DNA of 64,000 nucleotides, from positions 96,001 to 160,000 of the forward strand of contig CAWCKW010000003.1 in the NCBI GenBank assembly GCA_963796285.1. Reading direction: 5' to 3'. How positions within the stretch are numbered: the first letter of the stretch is position 1; the number at the start of each line of letters is the position of its first letter. Made by a program: the position numbers and the translations under genes. The stretch is from Nitrospirota bacterium (GTDB taxonomy: Bacteria > Nitrospirota > UBA9217). Positions 30,819 through 40,852 of this stretch are shown here, piece after piece. The notes under the pieces are model-generated. The model worked only from the letters and a program-made list of their open reading frames with translations. It made no database searches and was not told where the DNA came from.

Positions 30819-33800
30819 TTATTTCACGATCTCCAAACTCTCCGCGAGGTCCGCATACTGCCGCAGGACCCTCGGGTCGATCGCGGCTGCTTCTCGAAAA
30901 AGCTTCTTGGCTTCCTCTTTTTTGCCTGTCTGGAGCAGGGTGCGGGCAAGATTCACCATGATGCCCGGCTCTTCCGCGGATGCCTTGAGCGCCGCCTCAT
31001 AGGCCTGGCGCGCGTCGTCGAACCTGCTCTCCTGGTAGCTGATGTTCCCGATATTATTGAGCGCCAGGGCATTGGTCTTGTCATGGGCCAACATCTTCTG
31101 GAACTGTTCGAGCGCTTCTGAAGTTAGACCGTTCTCCGCGAAGAGGATGCCGAGCTGGGCAAGGGCATTCATGTCGTGGGGATTTTTTTTGAGCATCTCC
31201 CGATAGCCGGCTGAAACGTTCATAAGGCGCTGACGGCCAAGAGTTTCCAGCTCGTCCTTATATGCCTCCTCGATCGCGTCGCGTTTGACTTTCACGCGAA
31301 AGTCCGTTTTCGGGAGCAAGACCGGCATGAACTCTTCCCAGGCCTTCTGTACACTGATGATGTCCACGCTTTTCCTGGCCGACCAATCGCGATATTCCTC
31401 CGCGCCCTTCTGCCATGCCCGGGTGAAGGAGGCTCCCACCATGGTCATCTCCACTGGTATCCAGACCATCCCCTGGCGCAGCACGAGCAGTTCGTCAGGG
31501 AACCCGAGCGTCATCTTGTCCTTCTCAAGAACGCCGGTGTCGATCATCACGAACAGGTGGCCCGGGACTTTTACGAATGCGGTCCCGATACCGATGTTCT
31601 CCATGCATGCCGCGAACAGGACCGAGAGGTCGTCGCAATCTCCGCTTTTTCTCGAGAGCGTATCTCCGGGGAACTGCAGGTAGTCAACCGCCGATGCGTT
31701 ATCGGAAAACTCCGTGAACGGGCTCGTGGGGTCTACAAGGTACTTGAGCCCCAGAACACCCAGCGCATCGAAGATGCCCCTCGCATTTACGATAGACCGC
31801 GGCACATTCGGGTAAGCATCAATATACTGCTGGACCACCAGCCTGCTGAAGCCCGCCACCACGGGGGCCTTGTGCGTTACGAACGCGCCGAGCTTTGCCT
31901 TCCGATCCCACCGCATCGCGTGCCGCTCAAAGAGGATTAACGGGAAGCTCCTCTTCACAGTCCTGGGCTCGCCCCCATCATTTACGGTGAGCGTCACTTC
32001 GCCCCGAAGCGGCGTGTTGTCGGTGTCCTCGAGGACAATATTGTTGAAGAGCGGCTTTATCAGGACCTTGATCTGCTGTTTCGCGCCTATCTCGGCGATC
32101 TCGGTCTCCATGGGGGAGTACATGTAATCCCTAACCATGAGGCTCATCTTCACTTTCTGATAGGCTCTATCGGAGTTGTTCGCGATCACGACCTTTCCGA
32201 GCATATGGGACCCATAATATTGATATATCGACGCGAAGATCTCGTCCGCCTCGATCCTGGTTATCGAGAGCGGCGGCACAACGAGCGGTGCCCTGGGCGT
32301 CGAGGCAAAGACCACTTGGCTCGCCGGACTTTCATCGCCCTCCTTGCCCACGGCGGTGATCTGGTAATAGTAGATGGTCTGGTCCTCGAGCGGGTCGTCT
32401 GTAAAAATGGTCTTGTCCGTCTCGATTACGAGCTCGAAGCCTGCGGAAAGTTGTTTGGTGCGGTACACCCGGTAATGGTTAATAAAGGGCTCAAGATTCG
32501 GCAACCACGAGATCGTGATCTGTTTCTCCTGAGCCTCGGCCCTGACCCGTGTGGGAACGCCGGGAACCAGCTTTGGCGTGACGGCGGAAACGAAATCCGA
32601 CAATGCGCTCTCGTACCCATCCTGTGCCTGGCTGCTCACACGGTAATGGAAGGACCGGTTGGTCTGCAGGTTCTTGTCCAGATAGAATGATGTTGTCGAC
32701 GTACCGACGAGTGTGAATACCGCTGTCGGAGAATCAGCCCGGTAGATCTTATACTGCTCCAGATAGGTCTCCGTATTGCCCTTCCAGCTCACTTGGACCA
32801 GGTTTGCGCGCGCCTGGGCAGACAGCTCTTTCGGGACTGCCGGTGCGTGCTTCAGCAGGAAGACCTGCACCCTGTTGTTTCCGCGGTCGCCCACGTACAG
32901 CCACCGGCCCTCTTCCAGTGCCAGCCCGAGGGGCGCCCGAAACTTGCCGGGCAGGGAGCCTTCGCTCCCGAACTTTCTCAGAAACCTTCCGCTGCTGTCA
33001 AATACCTGAATGCGGGCGTTCCCCGCATCGAGCACGTACACTTCATAGTCCGGAGAGACCACGATATTTTCAGGTTCCTTGAACTCGGCGTCCTGAGTGC
33101 CGGTCTTCCCTGCTTCCCAGAGAAGTCTCCCATCGCTGTCGTACTTCGCGATCCGGTCATTCCCCCGGTCCACCACATACAGGTTCTCCGCTCCATCCAC
33201 CGCAATGTCCACGATCTCATTGAACTGGCCGGCCAGCTTTCCGTTTTTTCCGAAACTGCCGATGAAGGCACCCCTGTCATTGAAGACCTGCACGCGTTTG
33301 TTCCCGGTGTCGGCGATACAGAGGTTCCCTTTCGGGCTCACTGCGATGCCGGACGGTGTATGGAACTCGCCCTCACCGCTACCGGCCTTTCCGATCACCT
33401 GCAGGAGGTTCCCTTCGCGGCTGAACTTCTGCAGCCGATCGTTGTCCGTGTCAGCGACCCAGAAGTTCCCCTGGCCGTCCACTGCAAGCCCGCGAGGGTT
33501 CTTAAAGAACGCCGGTTTGCCGCCTCGCGAACCGATGGTGCGGACCTCGTCAGCACCCAGAGTGGAGAGGGTATCACCCAGGATGCCCCATGCGCCGTTG
33601 TTGAACGTGATCGCCACGGCCTTGCCGGGCATTTCCTTGAGAAACTCCACTGTCGGCAGCGGAGACGCCGGTGTGAGCATCGGCGCGTCGTCATGCTCCG
33701 CTGCAAACACCTGGACCGTGTTCTTACCCGCGTCGATCACCCAGATCTTTCCCTCCCGGTCAACGGTCAGCCCCGCGGCAACATAGAACTGTCCGTGGCC

Positions 33801-34616
33801 ATCGCCCGCGGAACCGCTTGAACAGACCGGGTTCCCCTGGCCATCGAACTTTTTGATCTTGAAGTTGCCCGTGTCCGCAACATAGATGTTCCCGCGGACA
33901 TCCACGGCAACGCCCTGAGGCTTATCGAATCCTGCCATGCTGCTCCCCCGGGAATCGAATGCCACGGCCTGCGTGCCGGAGGGTTCGAACACGCGCACCA
34001 TGTTTTTACCTGCATCGAGCACATAGACGCGGTTCTGGACATCCACGGCCACTCCTACCGGAGACTTCATTTCGGATTTCGCGATCTTCGCCGCGATCTG
34101 AGTCATGAAAATGCCGTCAGCTGTCAGCACCTGAACGCGGCTGTTGCCGGTATCGGCGATGTAGACCAGTCCGCTCGACACAGCGATCCCGATGGGCGAG
34201 CTGAACTCGCGGGGCCCGCCGCCTTTGGCGCCGAAACTGCGGAGCCATTTCCCTTCCCCGTCGAAAACCTGCACGCGGTTGTTGCCGGTGTCCGCAACGT
34301 AGACGCGGCCGCGCCCGTCGATCGCGATCCCCGCAGGCGATCTGAACTGGCCGGGCTTGCTCCCTTTGCTGCCCCAGGTCGAGACGGTATTGCCGTCCTG
34401 GTCCAGTTCCACGATCCGGTGACCGTCGGTATCTGCAACGTACAGGCGGTGTCCGTAAACAGCCAGAGCGCGGGGTCCGTTGAATTGACGCTGCTTCGCC
34501 TGACCACCCATCTCGCCGATCTCGCGCACGAACTCCATCTGCTGGTATGCAGACGCCGGGACCGCAGACAGCAGAGAGAGCAGACAGATGAAGACAATAT
34601 GCAGAACTGCCGCCAT
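30819..34616 (-). CDS. Large secreted protein: two NHL propellers, two FN3 domains, a transglutaminase-like domain and C-terminal TPRs
   Basis: About 12 NHL repeats (F..P.GIA.D..G.VYVADTGN.RVQVF); FN3 W/Y motifs; GDCDD...PGHLF...WIPVEMT; TPR ALNNIGNI. Confidence 0.85.
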   Translation of the reverse strand: MAAVLHIVFICLLSLLSAVPASAYQQMEFVREIGEMGGQAKQRQFNGPRALAVYGHRLYVADTDGHRIVELDQDGNTVSTWGSKGSKPGQFRSPAGIAIDGRGRVYVADTGNNRVQVFDGEGKWLRSFGAKGGGPREFSSPIGIAVSSGLVYIADTGNSRVQVLTADGIFMTQIAAKIAKSEMKSPVGVAVDVQNRVYVLDAGKNMVRVFEPSGTQAVAFDSRGSSMAGFDKPQGVAVDVRGNIYVADTGNFKIKKFDGQGNPVCSSGSAGDGHGQFYVAAGLTVDREGKIWVIDAGKNTVQVFAAEHDDAPMLTPASPLPTVEFLKEMPGKAVAITFNNGAWGILGDTLSTLGADEVRTIGSRGGKPAFFKNPRGLAVDGQGNFWVADTDNDRLQKFSREGNLLQVIGKAGSGEGEFHTPSGIAVSPKGNLCIADTGNKRVQVFNDRGAFIGSFGKNGKLAGQFNEIVDIAVDGAENLYVVDRGNDRIAKYDSDGRLLWEAGKTGTQDAEFKEPENIVVSPDYEVYVLDAGNARIQVFDSSGRFLRKFGSEGSLPGKFRAPLGLALEEGRWLYVGDRGNNRVQVFLLKHAPAVPKELSAQARANLVQVSWKGNTETYLEQYKIYRADSPTAVFTLVGTSTTSFYLDKNLQTNRSFHYRVSSQAQDGYESALSDFVSAVTPKLVPGVPTRVRAEAQEKQITISWLPNLEPFINHYRVYRTKQLSAGFELVIETDKTIFTDDPLEDQTIYYYQITAVGKEGDESPASQVVFASTPRAPLVVPPLSITRIEADEIFASIYQYYGSHMLGKVVIANNSDRAYQKVKMSLMVRDYMYSPMETEIAEIGAKQQIKVLIKPLFNNIVLEDTDNTPLRGEVTLTVNDGGEPRTVKRSFPLILFERHAMRWDRKAKLGAFVTHKAPVVAGFSRLVVQQYIDAYPNVPRSIVNARGIFDALGVLGLKYLVDPTSPFTEFSDNASAVDYLQFPGDTLSRKSGDCDDLSVLFAACMENIGIGTAFVKVPGHLFVMIDTGVLEKDKMTLGFPDELLVLRQGMVWIPVEMTMVGASFTRAWQKGAEEYRDWSARKSVDIISVQKAWEEFMPVLLPKTDFRVKVKRDAIEEAYKDELETLGRQRLMNVSAGYREMLKKNPHDMNALAQLGILFAENGLTSEALEQFQKMLAHDKTNALALNNIGNISYQESRFDDARQAYEAALKASAEEPGIMVNLARTLLQTGKKEEAKKLFREAAAIDPRVLRQYADLAESLEIVK

Positions 34617-34808
34617 GTGCAAGCCTCCTGAAAAACCACTGCAGTATAACACAGGGCCCGCGAGCGGAACAATGAATAATGTTTCCATCCATCAATCGCC
34701 GGCGGCAGTTCGGGCAATATTCCCTGCGAACGATTTTCCTTTGACTTTCTTGCCATATTCAGGTATTTTCGTATAGGAATTCACGCCATACTCGAGAGGT
34801 CCATTATC

Positions 34809-36644
34809 ATGAAATCGATAAAATCCATGTTACTGGTCTTGACCGCAGCGCTCATCCTCCATTCGACACTTGCCCTGAATATGGCCCAGGCATCGGATAC
34901 AACGCTATCCGTCAAGAAAGACGATGCAACATGCGATCAATCCGCCACGACGTGCTTCACGACCATTCAGGCTGCCCTAGACTATGCGAACAATATCATC
35001 ACCTCTACGACCGGCACCACAGCCACCTTTTCCATACAGGTGGAAGCGGGAACGTATAACGAATCAGTTACTCTGGGCACCGGGATTACGTCGCTCAGGG
35101 GCAGAGAAACCGCAAGGACCATCCTGAGCGGCGGCGGGAGCGGAACCCTTATCTCAGTAAGCGGTGGGAATCCCATTATTTTCAACCTTTCCTTCCAGAA
35201 CGCGCAAATTGGGATCGGCATCACCAACAACGCAACCGCCACGATAAAGAACAATATCTTCAATCTTGGGTCGAGCGGGACGGCTGTTCAATTAACTCAA
35301 AGCACTGCTCAAACCAGCATCACGAACAATACCTTCTATATCAATAATGTTGCGATCAGCAGTTCCATTGATCTACCGGTAAAAAACAATATCTTTTCCT
35401 CCAACACCACCGCGCTTTCGCCGCTGACGGTCTTTACCACGACAAATGTCACCTATAATGATTTTTTCCCGTCAAATGCCACAGACCCGTTGAACGGCCA
35501 GGCGAGCGACACTCATGGTAATATTTCGAGCGATCCACTTTTCGTTGACGCGGCAAATGGGGATTTTCATCTCAAGGCGGGCTCACCCTGCATTAACAGC
35601 GGATTGGATTCGTCAGCTATTGATATGGGCGTATACGGTGGTTCGTCCGCGGACACGATACCGTTTATGGTGTCCGGGGTGGCCAGCTCTCTGGATACGA
35701 CAACGAATATCATCTCAGTGAGCTGGAATGCAAATAACAGTTATCTTGTGACAGGTTACCGGGTCTATTACGGGGCCACATCCGGCGTCTATACCGGCAC
35801 TGGCGCAACAGAAGGCATATCCCCGATAAGTATTCCGTCCGCTGCGACAACTTCCGCAACATTAAGCGGTCTGATCTCGGGCGTCACCACCACCCCCGCA
35901 AACCCGACGCTCACCTCGGTTTCCCCGCTTAACGAAAGCCTCGCTTTGAGCTGGGATGCCGTTGACGGAGCTACGGGTTACCGGATCTACTACGGCACGT
36001 CTTCTCCGCCGAGCACGACTATCGACGTCGGCAATACAACAACTTATACTCTGTCCGGTCTTACGAACGGCCAAACATACTTCGTTGCGGTGTCGGCCAT
36101 TGCCCAGCCCACAACCTATATTGCAGTGACCGCTATTGACAGTACCGGCCCCTACGACCCCGGCATAGGTCACGAAAGCGCTTATTCCCTGGAATCGAGC
36201 GTAAGCTTCGGTAGCGCCATGGAAAGCGGCCTTTCGAACATCTTGAGTGATTTTCCCGAGGCCCTCGTGGCATATCCGAACCTTACGAGCCAGGGCCCGC
36301 ATTGCTTTATCGCGACAGCGGCCTTTGGATATTATTCAGCGCCGGAGGTGCAGGCACTGCGCGAATTCCGCGACCGTTATCTGCTCACGAACAGCGCAGG
36401 CAGCGCATTCGTCAAGTGGTATTACGAGCACGGCCCGGTTGCCGCTGCCTATATCGACGCCCACCCGGCATATAAGCCCGTGATCAGGGCAGCGCTGATG
36501 CCCGCGGTCGGCGCGGCGCTCTTAATGACAAGAACATCGTTCTTCATCAAGACTCTCGTTGCCCTGTTCATCCTGACGATTGCTCTCACGATGGCGTATC
36601 GTTCTTCCAGAAAGAAACTTTCCGGTTCGGGAGGGTCCCTGTGA
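34809..36644 (+). CDS. Secreted beta-helix/FN3 protein with a CFI-box-CTERM domain
   Basis: Signal peptide; TIQAALD and DPLFVD....DFHL..GSPCI..G; two FN3; CFIATAAFG...LREFRDRYL...G..FV.WYY..GP..A followed by a TM and basic tail. Confidence 0.85.
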   Translation: MKSIKSMLLVLTAALILHSTLALNMAQASDTTLSVKKDDATCDQSATTCFTTIQAALDYANNIITSTTGTTATFSIQVEAGTYNESVTLGTGITSLRGRETARTILSGGGSGTLISVSGGNPIIFNLSFQNAQIGIGITNNATATIKNNIFNLGSSGTAVQLTQSTAQTSITNNTFYINNVAISSSIDLPVKNNIFSSNTTALSPLTVFTTTNVTYNDFFPSNATDPLNGQASDTHGNISSDPLFVDAANGDFHLKAGSPCINSGLDSSAIDMGVYGGSSADTIPFMVSGVASSLDTTTNIISVSWNANNSYLVTGYRVYYGATSGVYTGTGATEGISPISIPSAATTSATLSGLISGVTTTPANPTLTSVSPLNESLALSWDAVDGATGYRIYYGTSSPPSTTIDVGNTTTYTLSGLTNGQTYFVAVSAIAQPTTYIAVTAIDSTGPYDPGIGHESAYSLESSVSFGSAMESGLSNILSDFPEALVAYPNLTSQGPHCFIATAAFGYYSAPEVQALREFRDRYLLTNSAGSAFVKWYYEHGPVAAAYIDAHPAYKPVIRAALMPAVGAALLMTRTSFFIKTLVALFILTIALTMAYRSSRKKLSGSGGSL

Positions 36645-37279
36645 AAAAGATCATACTGCTTTTACTCGCTCTTACTGTACCGGCAGTTGCATATGCCGAG
36701 GAGCCGCTCCTTGCACGTCCCTACTGGTCGCTGGAACTAAAGGGAGGCATGTTCGCCCCGGCCCTTGGAGACTGGTCGACGTACTACGGCAAGAAAGACA
36801 TGCCGGAGTATGCAGGAACGCTGGCGTACAAGATCCTGCGCCAGGTCGAGATTGGGGTCGGCGGGGGGATGGCCAAAGACAGAGGCCAGGCCACCGCGCC
36901 GATCCATGGTACCTTATCTGGAGAAGTCTCCTACAAGGTGACTCCGCTCAACGTCTTTGTTCTGGTGCGCGGTATTATAACTGAAAATCAATGGGTGGTG
37001 CCGTACATCGGCGGCGGCTGGACCAGAATGTATTACCGCCAGACGGTCGAGAGCCAGGGGCAGGCGCGCGGCTCCGCGGACGGCTACCATATAAGGGGAG
37101 GCCTGCAGCTTTCCCTGGACAATCTCGACGAGAGCGCGGCTGACAACTTATACAGTGAAGATGGTGTATACCACACCTATTTCTTTGTCGAGGTCGAACG
37201 GACGAAGGCGAAGGTCAAATCCTTGTCAGTGGATCTCGGCGGCACCGCTTATCTGATGGGACTGCTGTTCGAGTTTTAA
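36641..37279 (+). CDS. Outer-membrane beta-barrel protein (MXAN_2562-like)
   Basis: Signal peptide; LELKGG, VPYIGGG; amphipathic strands; C-terminal GLLFEF; 4-bp overlap with the upstream gene. Confidence 0.75.
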   Translation: MKKIILLLLALTVPAVAYAEEPLLARPYWSLELKGGMFAPALGDWSTYYGKKDMPEYAGTLAYKILRQVEIGVGGGMAKDRGQATAPIHGTLSGEVSYKVTPLNVFVLVRGIITENQWVVPYIGGGWTRMYYRQTVESQGQARGSADGYHIRGGLQLSLDNLDESAADNLYSEDGVYHTYFFVEVERTKAKVKSLSVDLGGTAYLMGLLFEF

Positions 37280-37355
37280 AGACAGCGCAGAATGCGGATG
37301 AGCCTTTCGCACGATCCCCCTGGTAGAGCGTTCGTACGCGATTATCCTGTAATGT

Positions 37356-37908
37356 ATGGGGCTCACTGCTGAGGTGATTCGAATGCAGTTGCCGAACTTT
37401 TTAAAGCTTCCCATCAATCCTGCCGATATAATCCTTTCTGTGGGCAACCCTGCTTACACCTGTCCTTTCCGGAAGCAATCATGCACGGATAAACCCGCAA
37501 TACTGCCGATACGAAAAGCCTGCGGATCAATGACGACTATTTTGAGCTCATCGTCTGGTGTGCCATGGACCGGAGAGTGAACGGGTTTCAGGGATCGAAT
37601 ATGCATTGACATGGGTAAGGGGATATGGGATGGACCATCACCGGATCGACAGCGATGAAGCATCACTGCTAAAGGACATGAAACCGGTCCTGATCCCCGA
37701 CGGTACCGTGCCTTATGACAAACTTGAGCTGCTCTTCACGGAACGAGGTATGAATATTGAACATGAGCTTTATACACTGGTGCGGCGGAAGTTATCGGAG
37801 AACAGGGGTGCGGTTGATGCGGGATCATTCTCTGATCGAGGATTGTATCTCGTTACCCGGAGGCTGCCGTGTCAACACGGCAATACGCTTGATCCTATTA
37901 GAACATAG
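37356..37908 (+). pseudogene. Possible decayed hypothetical gene
   Basis: Protein-like stretches in shifting frames within a 1.2-kb gap that has no intact gene. Confidence 0.3.
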
Positions 37909-38489
37909 CTGATATCTTCAGCTTGCGCAGCCATACCGGCAGTTGACTGATCCGCTTATTTGAACCTGCTTTCCATTTTTTCTGACCATAGTGATGATGT
38001 CCTCGGTTCGGGGAAGATCCGATGACGGGGATGACGTAATGAGACCGCCAGTCTTCTTTCCCGACCTACACTCCTGGAGCAGGTCTGCACGTAATTTTGA
38101 ACCGGTCATTCCCCTCCCCTGCAAGGCAGCGGTCTTTTGTCTGTTCCACATGATCGATGAACCTAAAAAACAGCTGTTGATCACACAAAGCCGCCCCGAT
38201 AGAGCCAATCGATCGCAGGCTCCGAACGCAAAGAAAATCAACTCCTACTGCTGTAAAAGACCTTGCCCTTTTGATGTACTGATTTATCAGATCAAGTCTT
38301 TTATTTTTCTCTGGGTTCTCTTTGATTTCTGCGGCCAGTTGCTTTTTTAGGCTGAAGACCCCTTCTCGTGGAGATGACGACAGCTCGTAGGGTCGTATCG
38401 AGAATTTCAGGTTTTCCTGCCGTCCGTTCACAATGGCTGACAGTTCCTCACTCGTTCCCTCGCACGCGGTAAGGCCTGCTTGTCGCCCC

Positions 38490-38660
38490 TCACCAGCAAA
38501 AGACCTTGTCACTGGTGAACACGTCCGTCACGAGTTTATCGTATGCAATACCGCCTTGGGTAAGATCGATGATCTTCGATTGATTGCCCGACGCCTGCGC
38601 CTCAATTATCTTCTTCGTGCTTGCGTCCGGCGCTTTTTTCACAATATGCAGAATTTTCAT
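38490..38660 (-). CDS. Small DsrH/TusB-like protein
   Basis: MKILHIVK...YDKLV..VF..DKV.CW; last gene of a DsrE/F-like trio. Confidence 0.6.
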   Translation of the reverse strand: MKILHIVKKAPDASTKKIIEAQASGNQSKIIDLTQGGIAYDKLVTDVFTSDKVFCW

Positions 38661-38678
38661 GGTGCGGTCCCCCTTCAC

Positions 38679-38957
38679 TTAGTACGGCACCACAAGGTCA
38701 TACTCTAGGAGTTTCTTTGCCATCTCCTCAAGGGTGATCGTTGTGAAGCCGTTTTCCGGATTATTGGAGTACATCTTCAACTCAAGTTCCGTGGCCAGCT
38801 CGAACGGCTGCGCTATCTCCGGATCGTTCTTGTCGAGCTTACGGTCGAGGACAAAGATCTCAATGGTATCGTCCGCAAGCGTGAGCCCGCCCGCAACACG
38901 GAGGGCCTCACTCGGCCTGTCTCTCACGATAACGGCTATTCTTTTTGTGTCTCCCAT
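38679..38957 (-). CDS. DsrF/TusC-like protein
   Basis: IAVIVRDR.SEALRVA.GL...EEMAKKLLEYD.V. Confidence 0.65.
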   Translation of the reverse strand: MGDTKRIAVIVRDRPSEALRVAGGLTLADDTIEIFVLDRKLDKNDPEIAQPFELATELELKMYSNNPENGFTTITLEEMAKKLLEYDLVVPY

Positions 38958-38969
38958 GGTCACACTCCT

Positions 38970-39275
38970 TTAAAATATCAGTACTCGCTCATTGTCATGC
39001 AGCATGCCGGCGTTGTTGTACTGGCTGCCGTACGATATTCCCTCGGTCTTGTCATGGACCCCGACCCGCTCGCAGCTGTGGTCGCAGACCGAGATCTCGA
39101 CGCCGTCAACCTTGAGCAGTTCCAGAAATTTCGGGTCACGGGAGAATTTCACTCCCTCGTCGGTCATGAAAATCTGGACCGGATGCCCTGCTGCCCGGGC
39201 TGCCTTGGTAACGCCGATGATATGCTCCAGGTTCGCATACTGTGTGACCATGATGCCCAGCTTCGCACTTGCCAT
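38970..39275 (-). CDS. DsrE/TusD-family sulfur relay protein
   Basis: V.IFMTDEGV, SVCDHSC, GSQY. Confidence 0.8.
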   Translation of the reverse strand: MASAKLGIMVTQYANLEHIIGVTKAARAAGHPVQIFMTDEGVKFSRDPKFLELLKVDGVEISVCDHSCERVGVHDKTEGISYGSQYNNAGMLHDNERVLIF

Positions 39276-39385
39276 ATGTATCACCTCCTCTCAAACAGAT
39301 TAAAGCAACTATACCAAAAAAAGCGTATAGAGGACTGAACGCATAGATCTCTGGATTTGTAACACTTGTTTTACTCATATTCAAG

Positions 39386-39424
39386 CAAAAAAGAGAGCCG
39401 GGCAGGAATCCCCACCCGGCCCTG
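39386..39424 (-). terminator. Intrinsic terminator after yeeE
   Basis: Minus strand GGGCCGG...CCGGCTC followed by TCTTTTTT. Confidence 0.7.
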
Positions 39425-39441
39425 CTGGTAATCGTCGAACG

Positions 39442-40527
39442 CTACACGTCCATATCCTGCATCGGCTTGATGAGCAGGAAGTAAACCATGGTCCAGTTGC
39501 CGAGAATGATAAAGGCGTTTGCCACCCAGCTTGATACCGCAAGGGTGGACACGCCGGTCAGGCTGTGTCCGATGTTACAGCCGCCGCCGAGCTGCGCGCC
39601 TACTCCCATGACGAATCCGCCAAACATCACCTTCAGGAGTTCATCGGCAGGCGGGACCTTGAGCTTCACTTCGTTCATGAACTTGCCGCTGATATATGCG
39701 CCGATCGGCACCGTAAGCACGTAGAAGGCGCTCCAGGACATCGTTATACCGAGGATCGACGTGGACTCGGCTGCAGGGACCTTGGAGTCCCCGAAGAACA
39801 CCCCGAGAAAAAACTCGCGGACCGGACCGGTGAACGAGAGCCCGCGGGCCCTGCCCGTAAAGTAGCCGGACGCCCAGAATGCCGCTATGGCTATGACGCC
39901 GACGAGGAGGCCGGCGAGGGACCAGGAATACCCCTTTTTCGCCTTCTGGAACGGCTTGCCCTGGAACACAAAGTAGAGGATCGGTATGGTGACCACCGCG
40001 ATGACGATCCACTTGTTGATACCGATGATATTGTAGAGCGTCGGGACGGTGTCTTCGCCGACGGACACCTGATAGTTCGTCAATGCATCGAAAACCGGCT
40101 TCAGAAAGCCGAACCTCATCACGACAATGCCGAAGATGAAACCGCAGACCGCCATCACATAGGCGAGGTTCCCTTCACCCACACGGTACAGGATGCCGCT
40201 GCCGCAGCCGCCGGCAAGCACAATGCCCATGCCGAAGATGAATCCGCCGATGATGTTCGCGAAGGGCGCAAAGCCCTGGCGGTACAGCTCGACCGGCGCC
40301 ATGACCCCGGCCTCGTTGACGTGCTGGATCCACCCCATATCTTCGATCAGATTAGCCCCAATCATCGTGACCGCTACAGCGAGCAGATACGCGCGGAGCA
40401 TCGTGTAGTCCTGAAAGAGCACCTCACGAAACGCGGAGTTCACGCAGAACCTGCCGCGCTGCAGAGCAAATCCGAATGCCGCGCCGATGAGCAGACCGGA
40501 CACGATAAACGCTATCATAGAAACCAT
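39442..40527 (-). CDS. YeeE/YedE family sulfur-compound (thiosulfate) transporter
   Basis: Three conserved Cys loops: QRGRFC, LAGGCGSG, GGGCNIGH. Confidence 0.92.
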   Translation of the reverse strand: MVSMIAFIVSGLLIGAAFGFALQRGRFCVNSAFREVLFQDYTMLRAYLLAVAVTMIGANLIEDMGWIQHVNEAGVMAPVELYRQGFAPFANIIGGFIFGMGIVLAGGCGSGILYRVGEGNLAYVMAVCGFIFGIVVMRFGFLKPVFDALTNYQVSVGEDTVPTLYNIIGINKWIVIAVVTIPILYFVFQGKPFQKAKKGYSWSLAGLLVGVIAIAAFWASGYFTGRARGLSFTGPVREFFLGVFFGDSKVPAAESTSILGITMSWSAFYVLTVPIGAYISGKFMNEVKLKVPPADELLKVMFGGFVMGVGAQLGGGCNIGHSLTGVSTLAVSSWVANAFIILGNWTMVYFLLIKPMQDMDV

Positions 40528-40603
40528 TCTTCCCCCTCCTTAGAATGTTCCCCCTATGGTTTTGTGCAAATGGTCCACTTCCCCGGGTGGTCCCTTGCAG
40601 CTG

Positions 40604-40852
40604 TTACGACTTCTTGATGTAGATCTCCCACATGCCCTTGTCCTCGATCTTCACGGTCTCGATGGCCAGGTTGTTTTTTTCGCAGTACCGCGGAATGCTG
40701 TCCTCGGCCGATGCCGGGGCGTCGCAGAGCACCTTGATCGTCTGGCCGCTTGAGAGCTTCTCGATCGCCTTCTTGGTAAGGAGCAGCGGATAGGGGCACA
40801 CCCTTCCGAGTGTGTCCAGTGTCTGGTCTGGTGTTGCAGTCTTGATTGACAT
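40604..40852 (-). CDS. TusA/YeeD family sulfurtransferase
   Basis: LDTLGRVCPYPLL..KKA; RBS AAGGAGG. Confidence 0.92.
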   Translation of the reverse strand: MSIKTATPDQTLDTLGRVCPYPLLLTKKAIEKLSSGQTIKVLCDAPASAEDSIPRYCEKNNLAIETVKIEDKGMWEIYIKKS

